Notes under the pieces: generated by a model
Told to the model about the DNA's origin: nothing
Seen by the model: only the letters and a program-made list of their open reading frames with translations
Database searches by the model: none
Position numbers and translations under genes: made by a program
In this document: positions 53,941-63,965 of the stretch, in pieces
Layout: each line of letters begins with the position of its first letter
Position numbering within the stretch: the stretch's first letter is position 1
Source of the DNA: Nemertoderma westbladi
Lineage: Eukaryota; Animalia; Xenacoelomorpha
Length of the DNA: 64,000 bases
Direction of reading: 5' to 3'
NCBI GenBank assembly: GCA_032718475.1
Contig: JAUCBJ010009074.1
Span: 1 to 64,000, forward strand

Positions 53941-56867
53941 CATTAATTCTTATTTTCCTGTGGACAACAGAGGTAACAATGTATCCGACGAGCTACTTAC
54001 ATTGATTAATGATATTAAATTTCTTATAACGTCATTTGATTTATCTGATATATTACTTGTTGGTGATATCAATGCGGATTTTGCTCGCCAGTCTATGCAT
54101 ATTAATGTAGTTAACCAGTTATTACAAGAATTTAATTTAACTCGAGTTTGGGATTTAAATCCAGTTGATTTTACTTACGTTTTTCAAAGAGATCAGTCTG
54201 TCCACTTTTCTACTTTAGATCACTTTTTTATTAACTCAAGTTTATGTAATAATATTATTGATTCTGGTGTAATTCATCATGGTGCGAATTTATCTGGTCA
54301 TTCACCAATTTTTGTCAAATTCCGTATTGGTGCGCCCATACGTGATTCTGTAGATTCAAACGCCGGTAGTTCGATTAGAGATTCGAAACCGCATTTTAAA
54401 CGATCAAGTTCAGCCCAACAAGCTGAGTTTAAGTTAAATTTACAAAGTGCATTAAATGATTTAGGCGATATTCCTGATTGTATTCTGTGTGCTAATATAT
54501 TCTGTACTGATAATTCTCATAGAATTGCTTTAGAAAAATATGTACTTAATATTTTGGATTCCATTGATAATTGTGCTAGCTGTTTAGTAAATAATAGACA
54601 GAATGTGGGTGGGGGCTCCCCAAATATCCAGAATGACAGTCATACTCTTCCGGGGTGGCGGGAACACGTAAAACCTTTTAAAGACGAATCAATCTTTTGG
54701 CATAGTCTTTGGGTATCTGCCGGCTGTCCAAACTCATCACAGAATAGTCAGCTTTTTAATATGCGCCGCATTACTCGCGCTCAGTATAAGTATGCTGTCC
54801 GTCGTCTTAAACGCTCGGCTGACAGTATTAGTCGCGATAAATTATTACAAGCCTGTTTACGGAATAACTCTGACATTTTTGCTGAAATCCGAAAACTTAG
54901 ATCAGTCTTGAAAGACGTAAGTTCTACTATCGACGGTTGTTCCGATACACAATCCATTGCCGATCGTTTTGCAGCTATTTACTCACAACTGTTCAACCAG
55001 CCCTATAATTCAGACTTGGAATCCCTTCAGGATATAATAAATCAGAAAATTCAGAATTGTACGTCAGCGGATGTTCCGCTCATCTCCCCTGAATTGGTTA
55101 ACGAGGGACTCCATCGACTGAAAAGTTCCAAATCGGATGTTGTTTTCGGGTTTGACTCCGACTGCCTTATCAACGGTCCTTCGGAGTTGGTTCATTGCTT
55201 AAGTGGATTGTTTAACTCTTTCCTGATTCATGGTTTCGTTCCTCAGTTTCTGTTAACTTGCGTAATTCTTCCGTTAATCAAAGATAAACTTGGTGATCAG
55301 ACAATCTCGAATAATTATAGAGCAATTGCTCTTTCATCTCTGTTAATTAAACTCTTCGAATGGGTTATGCTTCTGTCTCAGTCTGACTGCTTAGGTTTGG
55401 ATGAACTTCAATTTGGTTTTCAGCGCGGCTCTAGTACAACTCAATGTTCATGGGCAGCAACTGAGGTGATCGGGTTTTATAATCGTCAGGAAACACCAGT
55501 TTACGGTTCCCTTCTTGATCTTTCTAAGGCATTTGATCTAGTCGAATGGTGCAAACTTTTCCTTGAGTTGATTAAAAAAGGCTTCTCACCTTTCTTCCTC
55601 CGTACATTGTTATGGATATACACAAACCAATCATGTTGTGTTCGTTGGGAAGGCTCGACTTCGAACTGTTTCCCTATCAGTAACGGCGTTCGGCAGGGCT
55701 CAGTGGCATCTCCCATATTATTTTGTATTCTATTAGATATTCTTCTGAGGAAGTTGCGGGATTCTAGAATTGGATGTTATATTGGTTCTACTTATTTGGG
55801 CGTATTGGCATATGCAGACGATTTACTTTTACTGTGTCCTTCTCTAATTGGTCTACAGCACATGGTCTCGTTGTGCGCCAAGTTCGCATCAGAATTTAAC
55901 TTACAGTTTAGTACAAACATTATACCGGAAAAGTCGAAATCAAAATGTATTTCCTTTGGTTCAATTACAATTATTCCCAATGTTTCCATTAGCTTAAATG
56001 GTGTCAATCTACCTTGGGTCAAGGAGGCCTTACATCTCGGTAATCTACTTGACTGCGAAAACTCCTTGAAACAGGACATTGCTCGTAAAAGGGGACAATT
56101 TATAGGCAAACTAAATAAATTAAGGCAGGAATTCCATTTCGCAAATCCCTATAATTTGTGCAATATTCAGCGTATTTATTCTATGTGTTTTTATGGTAGT
56201 AACTTGTGGGATTTATTCTCTAGTTCATGCTCACGTATTTACACTACATGGAATATTAATGTCAGACTACTTTTTAATCTCCCGTTTAATACACATAGAT
56301 ACATAGTGGAAAGTTTAGTGCCATTTAAACACCCTTCTATAATGTTACAATCAAGGTTCGTCACTTTTGCTCACAGTTTACTCAATTCGTTCAAACCTTG
56401 CATCCGTTTCTTAGGAGAACTGACACTTTTTGATTGTAGAACTCGAAGTGGTCGAAACTTTAGATCTATTGGTAACGCGTGTAATCACTTTGATTTACGA
56501 ACAGTTTCAACTAAGCAAGTATCCTATCTACGTTACACACCTGTTGTAGATTTATATAAAGTTAATTTTGTTAAAGAAATTTTGGAATGCAAATTCAATA
56601 ACCTAGAAGTTTCTAATTTTAATGCCGTTGATCTGGATGACATCCTGAATTTCCTGTGCACTAGTTAAGACTGATATTCGATTTTATCATATTATAGTAT
56701 TGTTATATTGTACTTATAATATCGTTGTTATATTCATATATTCACCATTAATATCTTATTTGTGCTTTAAATTTAATCATTACCTAATTACTTAATTATT
56801 CCTAAGTATTTTGTACTGTGCAATTAATTCTATTGTCTCATGTACGACGTCAGCTAATAATAATAAT
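53941..56867 (+). mobile_element. 5'-truncated CR1/L2-group LINE with (TAA)n tail
   Basis: Begins mid-APE (IINSYFP); AT-rich 3'UTR ending TGTCTCATGTACGACG..(TAA)4 at 56855-56867; removing it rejoins the P transposase frame. Confidence 0.88.
53960..56668 (+). CDS. LINE ORF2 (partial APE + reverse transcriptase), open for 902 codons but lacking its N-terminus
   Basis: VGDINADF, STLDHFF, NLSGHSPI; NYRAIAL, QFGFQRG, LLDLSKAFDLV, NGVRQGSVASP, YADDLLLL, ALHLG, FYGSNLW. Confidence 0.92.
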   Translation: MDNRGNNVSDELLTLINDIKFLITSFDLSDILLVGDINADFARQSMHINVVNQLLQEFNLTRVWDLNPVDFTYVFQRDQSVHFSTLDHFFINSSLCNNIIDSGVIHHGANLSGHSPIFVKFRIGAPIRDSVDSNAGSSIRDSKPHFKRSSSAQQAEFKLNLQSALNDLGDIPDCILCANIFCTDNSHRIALEKYVLNILDSIDNCASCLVNNRQNVGGGSPNIQNDSHTLPGWREHVKPFKDESIFWHSLWVSAGCPNSSQNSQLFNMRRITRAQYKYAVRRLKRSADSISRDKLLQACLRNNSDIFAEIRKLRSVLKDVSSTIDGCSDTQSIADRFAAIYSQLFNQPYNSDLESLQDIINQKIQNCTSADVPLISPELVNEGLHRLKSSKSDVVFGFDSDCLINGPSELVHCLSGLFNSFLIHGFVPQFLLTCVILPLIKDKLGDQTISNNYRAIALSSLLIKLFEWVMLLSQSDCLGLDELQFGFQRGSSTTQCSWAATEVIGFYNRQETPVYGSLLDLSKAFDLVEWCKLFLELIKKGFSPFFLRTLLWIYTNQSCCVRWEGSTSNCFPISNGVRQGSVASPILFCILLDILLRKLRDSRIGCYIGSTYLGVLAYADDLLLLCPSLIGLQHMVSLCAKFASEFNLQFSTNIIPEKSKSKCISFGSITIIPNVSISLNGVNLPWVKEALHLGNLLDCENSLKQDIARKRGQFIGKLNKLRQEFHFANPYNLCNIQRIYSMCFYGSNLWDLFSSSCSRIYTTWNINVRLLFNLPFNTHRYIVESLVPFKHPSIMLQSRFVTFAHSLLNSFKPCIRFLGELTLFDCRTRSGRNFRSIGNACNHFDLRTVSTKQVSYLRYTPVVDLYKVNFVKEILECKFNNLEVSNFNAVDLDDILNFLCTS

Positions 56868-57278
56868 GATGATACATTTTATTTGTAATTATCAGTAATA
56901 ACAGCGCGCGAAGTTTAAAATCACTGAACTCAAGGTTACCAATACAAGTATTAATTCCGTCAGTTACAACTTGGGCTGTGCACGAATGCTTCGGAATTGC
57001 ATGAATAACAAATGGGATAGACCTTTTAAGAGAAACAACCAAAAACAAAGTATTCCACTTGCTAATTCTCCATCTGAACAAGCCCCAACCAAATCGCCGC
57101 CACTATAGGGTACTGCTCCTGTTGCTGTAGGAACATTTCACTAATCAATAAAACAAACATCGTGCCCGATCTTATCTTCGCGAAGTAACTTTGTTAACGC
57201 CTTCATCGAATCAATGCCACCTGAAATTAGGTTCCTCAGTAAACTGTCAGACGGTAAGGAAATTTCGGTACGCATCAT
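56868..57278 (-). pseudogene. P-type transposase, first catalytic-D region (start of last exon)
   Basis: After a pyrimidine-rich AG at 57280-57279: MMRTEISLPSDSLLRNLISGGID...EMFLQQQEQY..SGGDLVG..GILCF..VSLKRSIPFVIHAIP...AVITDN. Confidence 0.85.
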
Positions 57279-57385
57279 CTAAAATAGAAAAAAAGTAAGG
57301 TGTTGAAGGAAAATATATAAAATGCATTAATTACAGTATTAAATAATGCATTAAATTAATTAATAAGTACTAAAGTGGGAGAGTC

Positions 57386-57480
57386 CATTGGCGTAGCTAG
57401 GGGGACAGGGATGGTCATCCCCCCCCCCCCCCCCCCCCCCCACAGTGATACGAGAGGGGGCCCGCCGAGAGGGGGGACTG
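57386..57480. mobile_element. Fragment resembling one end of an hAT-like MITE within the transposase intron
   Basis: CATTGGCGTAGCTAGGGGG followed by poly-C and GGGGGCCC; no partner end or TSD found. Confidence 0.35.
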
Positions 57481-57963
57481 AACTACAACTAACCAATAGG
57501 GGCCGTTACAACACTGTCAACAGACAATTTAGCACGATGGAAATCCAACTACTGTAATAGCAATAACAATAGCACAACATTATAATATACGTTTCTTACA
57601 ATAATCCTTACAATGCAACACTTGGATATTGTACACTCTAGAACCACATTGTAACTCTTGTTATTTAACGCCTATTTAACCTAATAAGAAATATTTAACA
57701 TAATAAATTTGTAATTAAATTTACATTCATCGGTACAAACAGCATTAAGGTACTACATGTAGAGTAACATAAACTAGACACTTATAAAGGAACATATTTT
57801 CACTTTGCTCTAGATTCTAACTTAACCTCGCTATACTCAGGCTCTGGCTTGGTAAAAAAAAGAACAATAACAAACCTGACTTCAATAAAAATAATATATA
57901 ATATATTAATATATAATAATATAATATTAAATAGATTTACTGTAATCGTGTTTGACAGCCTAC

Positions 57964-58160
57964 CTTGTATGCACTATAGGATGTATATCTCAGCAACAGA
58001 GCAAAACGAAGTTCATTACTTGAATACATAGGCCTGCCTTTGGGTTTGTTGTATTTCAGGGATAGAAGTCCTTTAATAATTATGTCTTGAGATTCCGTCG
58101 TCACATTTCGAATATAAGAAAGCATATTTACAATCATCGTTGTAGATGTTAATTGATCTA
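57964..58160 (-). pseudogene. P-type transposase exon (HTH region)
   Basis: KPKGRPMYSSNELRFALLLRYTSYSAYK then GT donor at 57963; splices in phase 0 to MMRTEISLPS. Confidence 0.85.
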
Positions 58161-58555
58161 TTAAAATAAGTTACACATTATATAATAATTATTTCTTTTT
58201 ACAAGAAATGCAATGAAATTGACTATGGAACCGATTTACAGCGGTTCCATATCCATAGTATATGGAACTATGATTGTTAATTACCAAACAAACAGAGCTT
58301 GGAAAATATTATGGTCTGTGCTGGCTGAGAGAAAACAGAAAACACTAAGGTGCTGTTGTAATGAATTTTTAGTTATTAGTTAATAAGAATTATTGGAAGT
58401 TTAAAATTTACAATACGAGTTACACATAGTATATACCGGAATATAATAATTTTTGTTTCATAATGGGCTGGCCGGAAGCGGGCCAACCCCTCCTATGACG
58501 TCGCCAAATATTATATAAAAATTATGCAATTTTTAAATAATTTGGAACTGAACTA

Positions 58556-58705
58556 ACCTTAACCAAGATGGTTGGGGTATTGGTGTACCTCCAATTGATA
58601 ACTTGACATGTAGATCTGCGTCAACAGTTATACATTCTTGTAAAGCTGGTGTGTCACTAAAATCCATTTTGTAAATAAACAGCTATTTACCAGAACTGGT
58701 ATTAT
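58556..58705 (-). pseudogene. P-type transposase exon part left of the TIR insertion
   Basis: LFIYKMDFSDTPALQECITVDADLHVKLSIGGTPIPQPSWL; in frame with sequence right of 62544 once the insertion and one TTAT are removed. Confidence 0.75.
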
Positions 58706-59087
58706 CGTCGGTAATTTGACAAAACCCCCTAAGTCGATTTTTGTAGTTTTGAGAAAAACTAAAAAAAACTGAATGTTTTAAGAAATCTTTAGTGATGCGA
58801 TCAAATTTTTGACTAAATATAATCTAAAATAGTGTATAATATGTTTGGGTACATATTTTTAGAGGTAGATCGCATTTTAGACCATTTAATTTGATATCTG
58901 TTGTTTTGCCAGATTGTGAAACAAAATAGTTAGGTTAGAACATACAATTAAGGGGGGTTATCTTTAGCATGTGGGGTTTTATCAGATACAGTCTGGCCCA
59001 TTAAATGACTTATTAGTGGGTCTAAGGGTGCAATAAAGCAAAGCTCTTATATTAGAAACACTGTAATATTACAATTATTTTTATAAT

Positions 59088-59585
59088 TACTACTTCTACT
59101 ATCAGCATGCTGCATTGCAACTGCATTATTATGTATTACATATATATTAATAATGCTGTGCCGGCTTGTCAACAAAATTGCGCTGTCACATCTCCCTACC
59201 ACCCATGACATTTGCTAGATCATCCGCATCTTCAAGGCCAGTGTTTGATACGCCTCTAACAGGCGTCCCAAGAAAGGCATGTGCTGTCCACCATGTTTAT
59301 TTATTCGCCAAAGCACAATATTATGCACTGGCTGGTTCTCACGGCGAATGCAATGTCCTGCAAAGTGGAGGCGGTTCAGGTCAAGTGTCAAGCTAAGGAA
59401 GACGAATGGATGTTTCCTCCAATGTTGTATAGCGTCTGATTGGAGATGTGTTCATTGTACTTGACACAATGGACCCGGCGCATCATTCTTGTGAAAGTGC
59501 CATCCAGAGATTTGGAATCCTCTGCAGTTAGAAGCCAGCATAGACTCCCATATACTAGTACTGGTTCAACTGCTGCTCTAAAGAG
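59088..59585 (-). mobile_element. Diverged 3' fragment of the same RTE family as 44735-46904
   Basis: Decayed (TAG)n tail, GCATGCTGCATTGCA 3' motif and colinear match to 44745-45210. Confidence 0.88.
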
Positions 59586-60014
59586 AATCGAACCTTTAGA
59601 TTCCGTTTCAATCCATGGGACAACCCAGACTCCCTATTTTTATAACTGTTTGCGCTGTCTGGATTGTGGTCATCTTGCCACACCTGCTGTTGGAAACTAA
59701 TTCATGTTCACCATCTTCCGTCAGCATTGATTGCTCGTCATTTACCCCGCTATTGATTGCCATATAATCCGGTAGAGTGTCATACCCAAGATTGATGCTA
59801 TGAGAATCCGTAGGCCTAAGAGATAAAACAATCCCTTCTCAATTATTATTGTCACAACACTTTCTACAATTAGCGGCTGAAGTCCTGTGCCATCATCATC
59901 TCTGATATTACTGTTGTAGGCTTCTAAAACAGATAAATATCGATTCGTCATTGCTTCACCGTGAACATCTTCAGCTACACTCGCTAACTGATTGAACATC
60001 TCCAGCTAAACTCT

Positions 60015-61278
60015 ATAATCGGCCTGCTGCATTGAAACTGGTCATTGAGATGCTGGCTTAACAAAAATATTTTGCTACCACCATGCAATCCACAATTGAC
60101 AAGCCCAATGCAGGGTACATTAAGAATGCTATGCCGGCGTATCAACAAAGATTCAAGCGTATCTACGAAGATTCACCGCCACAACTCCCTATCCCCCATG
60201 ACTTTCGCGAGACTATTCGCATCTACAAAACCAATGTCCTTTAAGAGGCGTCTCACAAAAGTCATGTGCTGTCCACCATGCATATTTTCTCCATGGGGCT
60301 GCCAAAGCACAAGATTATGCACAGGCTGGTCCTCACTGCGAAAACAATATCCTGCAAAGCGGAGTGTTCAAGTGTCAAGCTTGCGGGAACCAAATGAGAC
60401 ACCTCCAATGTTATCTACTGTCTGGTTGGAGATGTGTGCATTGTACTTGACACAATGCACCCGGCGTAGCATTCTTGTGAATGTGCCATCCAGAGATTTG
60501 GTGTCCTCAGCAGTTAGAGCCCAGCATGGACTCCCATGGTACTGGAACTACTGCTGCTCTAAATAATCGGACGTTAAGTTTCCGATTAATTCTTGGTGAC
60601 TTCCAAATCTTGGAAAGCCTATTCAAGGCTGCCCATGCCTTCCCTTACGTATTCGAAGGTCCTCACCTGACTTCCGGATCCATGATCCCAGGTAACAGAA
60701 GTCTTCCACTTGCTCAAGCATACCATCCTTTGAGCTTATGCTCATCCGGTCAGAGACTTGCTGAGGACTTTCAAAGTTAACTGTCAAAATTTTCTAATGA
60801 GCTGAGGAGCCGTTCGGCTCCTTCTAGTGATTATGAGAGTACTCCTAAGTCATCAGCAAAGTCTATATCAGTTAGGTACTTGGCAGGATTTTCTCGACTT
60901 CTGGAGCCAGTAGGTGGAGTTACCATCACCTCAACATCATTATGATGATCTAACGACATTAGTAGAACATAGTCAACCACAATTATGAACAAGAATGCCG
61001 CAAGTGTGTCACCCTGGAGGACTCCCCATAACATTTCGAATGGTTCTGTGTCACCGTCTTCGAACCATCTTACTAATCTGATTGCTGCAATAATTCCATC
61101 AGGAATCTAATATAATGAAAGTATGCTGAACATACGTGAGCGAGAGACTGAATCAAAGGGCTTGACGAAGTCAACAAAGCTAACAGCCAGATGTCTGTCT
61201 TTCTTTTTGACAACTCTTCAATTATTCTTCTAAGAGAAAAAATGGGCTCACATGGTCGCACGACCTTTATACGGAACC
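60015..61278 (-). mobile_element. Degraded, internally deleted RTE copy (same family)
   Basis: Colinear with 44748-45995 (GVLQGDTLA, TDIDFADDLGVLS), many indels. Confidence 0.9.
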
Positions 61279-61283
61279 TAAAT

Positions 61284-61782
61284 CATCTCCAGCTACACTC
61301 ACAACTGATTGAACATTGTTATTTACATTCACTTCTGTTTGAACATCTCCAGCTATACTCACTACCGGTTGAACATCTTCCGCTACACACACTACCGGTT
61401 GAACATATCCAGTTACACTCACTACCAGTTGAACATCTCCAGTTACATTCAGTACTGGTTGAACATCTTCAGCTACACTCACTACCGGTTGAACATATCT
61501 AGCTACACTCACTACCGGTTGAACATCTCCCGCTACACACACTACCGGTTGAACATCTGCAGTTACTCTCACTACCAGTTGAACATCTTCAGTTACACTC
61601 AGTACTGGTTGAACATCGTCAGCTACACTCACTACCGGTTGAACATCTCCAGCTACTCTCACTACCGGTTGAACATCTTCAGTTACACTCACTACCAGTT
61701 AAAAATCTCCAGTTACACTCAGTACTGGTTAAACATCTTCAGCTGCACTCACTACTGGTTGAACATCTTCAGCTACACTCAC
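61284..61782. repeat. 30-bp minisatellite (~16 units, consensus GAACATCTCCAGCTACACTCACTACCGGTT)
   Basis: Clear 30-bp period; minus strand reads (SVAGDVQPVV)n; about two further units at 59963-60013. Confidence 0.95.
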
Positions 61783-61861
61783 CTAGAGGATATCTACAGT
61801 TCTATAAAGTAACTTGTAAATGGACCAGTAGACTTGTAAATAATTTTGTACTCAAAGTATG

Positions 61862-62021
61862 CAGTCTCATGGAGTGAATAAGCATAGTGGACAGCCCATG
61901 ACTTTCTTGAGGCGCATCTCAAAGGACACTGGCCTTGTGGCGTTGCAATTTTGTGGACATGCCGGCACAGCATTCTTAAAATGCACCTGCAATGAAGTGT
62001 GCCGATACTAGTAGTAGTAGT
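61862..62021 (+). mobile_element. Short RTE 3' end in opposite orientation with (TAG)n tail
   Basis: GCCGGCACAGCATTCTTAAAATGCACCTGCAATG...GCCGATACTAGTAGTAGTAG matches the reverse complement of 44735-44930. Confidence 0.88.
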
Positions 62022-62544
62022 GTAAATGGACCCCCCTCCCCAGATTTTCGCCAAAGGATAAAATAAGCATTACAAATTTTCAGCTATTTAAAAATACTGT
62101 TAGGTGTTGAGTAGGCAACCTATTCATTTAATCCTAATACCGTAGACCTACTTCAAAACTCACTCCATTAATTAATTCAAGGCCAATTATCCTATCATAT
62201 TGTGGCAAACGGGCATTTTGGACGAATTCAGAACGAATAATTAAAAGTCCCTCTGACATTTAACTAAAAAGAAACCCCCTAACATCTTAAATGTAAGGTG
62301 TTTTTTATAAGAAATTAAATCCCATATTGAAGGTGCTTAAACAGAGTTTTTTCCATCTTAGGGGGTTTTAACAGATCAAGCAATAATTAGACGGGATCTT
62401 ATTTTGCGTTTTTCTCCGTTATTAACGCTGTTTTAACTTCTGGGGTTTTGTCAGAAGGTGGATATCCAATCTAAGGTACCAGAATCACCGAAAACCTGAA
62501 AATGGCCAAAAATCGACTTAAGGGGTTTTACCAGATTACCCACG

Positions 62545-63050
62545 TTATGTAGACGAACCTCGTAATCGGAAAATTCTTTATTATCTTCGACGTAATCCTC
62601 TACATCAGCTAAATAAGTAATTTTAGTCTTCTTCGAGAAGTCTTGTATTTCGTCCGGACGGTATACTCGTTTTAATGGAGGTTATCTAGGAGTTTGGGGC
62701 ATTTTGCGCAGCGAAGTTGGAACAGAATGCGTGTGAATCGTGGGAACAGCATCTTTGGATAAAGATGGCCGCTGTTGGTTGCTATGAATATATCGCCCAT
62801 CGAAATGCAAACTGCAAATCTTAGTGGAAGCCCCTAATAAATAACTAATAAATTAATAAAACTAATATCTTCAAACCTAATAAATTCGAATTCTAATAAA
62901 TTATAGTAATAAATAAATTCAATTACAGCGATTACCCAATTACAGCGATTCCGTCTTTTATCGTCATTTCCACGTTCTTAGCCATTCGGAATCGCGATGT
63001 AGAAATCTTTCGAAATCCGCCGGATTGCCTGGCAACGAAAACACGTCGAG
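62545..63050 (-). pseudogene. THAP zinc-finger domain and linker of the P-type transposase
   Basis: VFSLPGNP (63044-63021), STKICSLHF (~62828-62802), LSKDAVPTIH (~62762-62733), then PR*PPLKRVYRPDEIQDF...; CxxHF and AVPTI are THAP hallmarks. Confidence 0.85.
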
Positions 63051-63879
63051 AAAGTTTCAACATTTCTGTAGTTTCTAATTCTAATTGCTGAATTGTCCAA
63101 TGCAGTACCGGTAGGGCCTACTGCAGTAATCCGGTAATGACTGAATGAGCACCGCACCGCGGCACCGGCAGAACGGTAGCAAAGTAGGCCTGCGTACAGG
63201 CTGACAGGCGTACTGCCGTAGTACTGTAGTACCGGTACCGATACAGCGATATGCGATACCAGCCAGGATACTGTAAGACTGCTGGGAAGACTGCAGGACT
63301 GTCTGACTGTGATTGTAGTTTTGAATTTGATCTTTCTGTCTTTAGATCAGCAGGTAGACAGGGTAGACAGTAGATGGCAGGATGGAGGTGCTAACACAGT
63401 AGGCCTAACACTGTAACAGGCTAATCCATAATCTCAGAATCTGCTAATGAGAACTGAATAACAGAATAATCCAGTAATCTGATAATGTTTGTTAGCTACT
63501 GAGCTACGAGCTACTGAGCTAGGCCTATTCCTGTATTAACTGATTCAATAAAAAAGGGTAAGGATAAGGACTGCTGCACTGTCAGACTGCTGGACTGTGA
63601 TGTATGATGTATGTGGATGGGATCATATCATCAACTGATGATCCTAAAAGTTTATGGAAAGCTCTCGACCTCGACTGGTGTAAAGGCTTTTGCGGAATTA
63701 GCTGGTTATTTTCCCCGCAAAGTACTCTGTAGTTGTTTTAACGGACATAAAAAGCCGTTTCCTTACTGCACCGGTGTTTTAGTGGACATAAAAAGCCATT
63801 TCTTCTGTATGTGTACTTTAGCGGACATAACTCGCGATTTTATGTCGCAATAAGCCAAATACTCTAAACATCGGAACTC

Positions 63880-63965
63880 AGATGACGACATCTATCAGCT
63901 GTGTCCACGTGTAACATTTCTTTGTACTTTGTTCGTTCTTTGTTCGGTCGACCAATCAGAGCGGT
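63880..63965. promoter_or_regulatory. Conserved motif cluster (TGACG, CAGCTG, ACGTGT, CCAAT box) near the predicted transposon end
   Basis: Same motifs in the same order at 41650-41735 despite divergence of the spacers; function inferred only. Confidence 0.35.

Larger units (their letters stand above)
58706..62544. mobile_element. 3.8-kb TIR DNA element with 4-bp TTAT TSD (possibly Sola-type), carrying nested RTE fragments
   Basis: Left CGTCGGTAATTTGACAAAACCCCCTAAGTCGATTTTTG vs reverse complement of right end CGTGGGTAATCTGGTAAAACCCCTTAAGTCGATTTTTG (33/38); TTAT at 58702-58705 and 62545-62548; subterminal GGGGTTTT..CAGA repeats (~58974, 62362, 62442, 62522). Confidence 0.85.

Noticed and set aside
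58224-58272. Nested inverted repeats TATGGAACCG..CGGTTCCATA and CATAGT..ACTATG as a P-element terminus
   Set aside because: They lie inside the inferred transposase intron with coding sequence on both sides; at most a tiny internal relic, with no TSD seen.
61191-61812. Three overlapping repeat ORFs as separate genes
   Set aside because: All arise from the 30-bp minisatellite being stop-poor.
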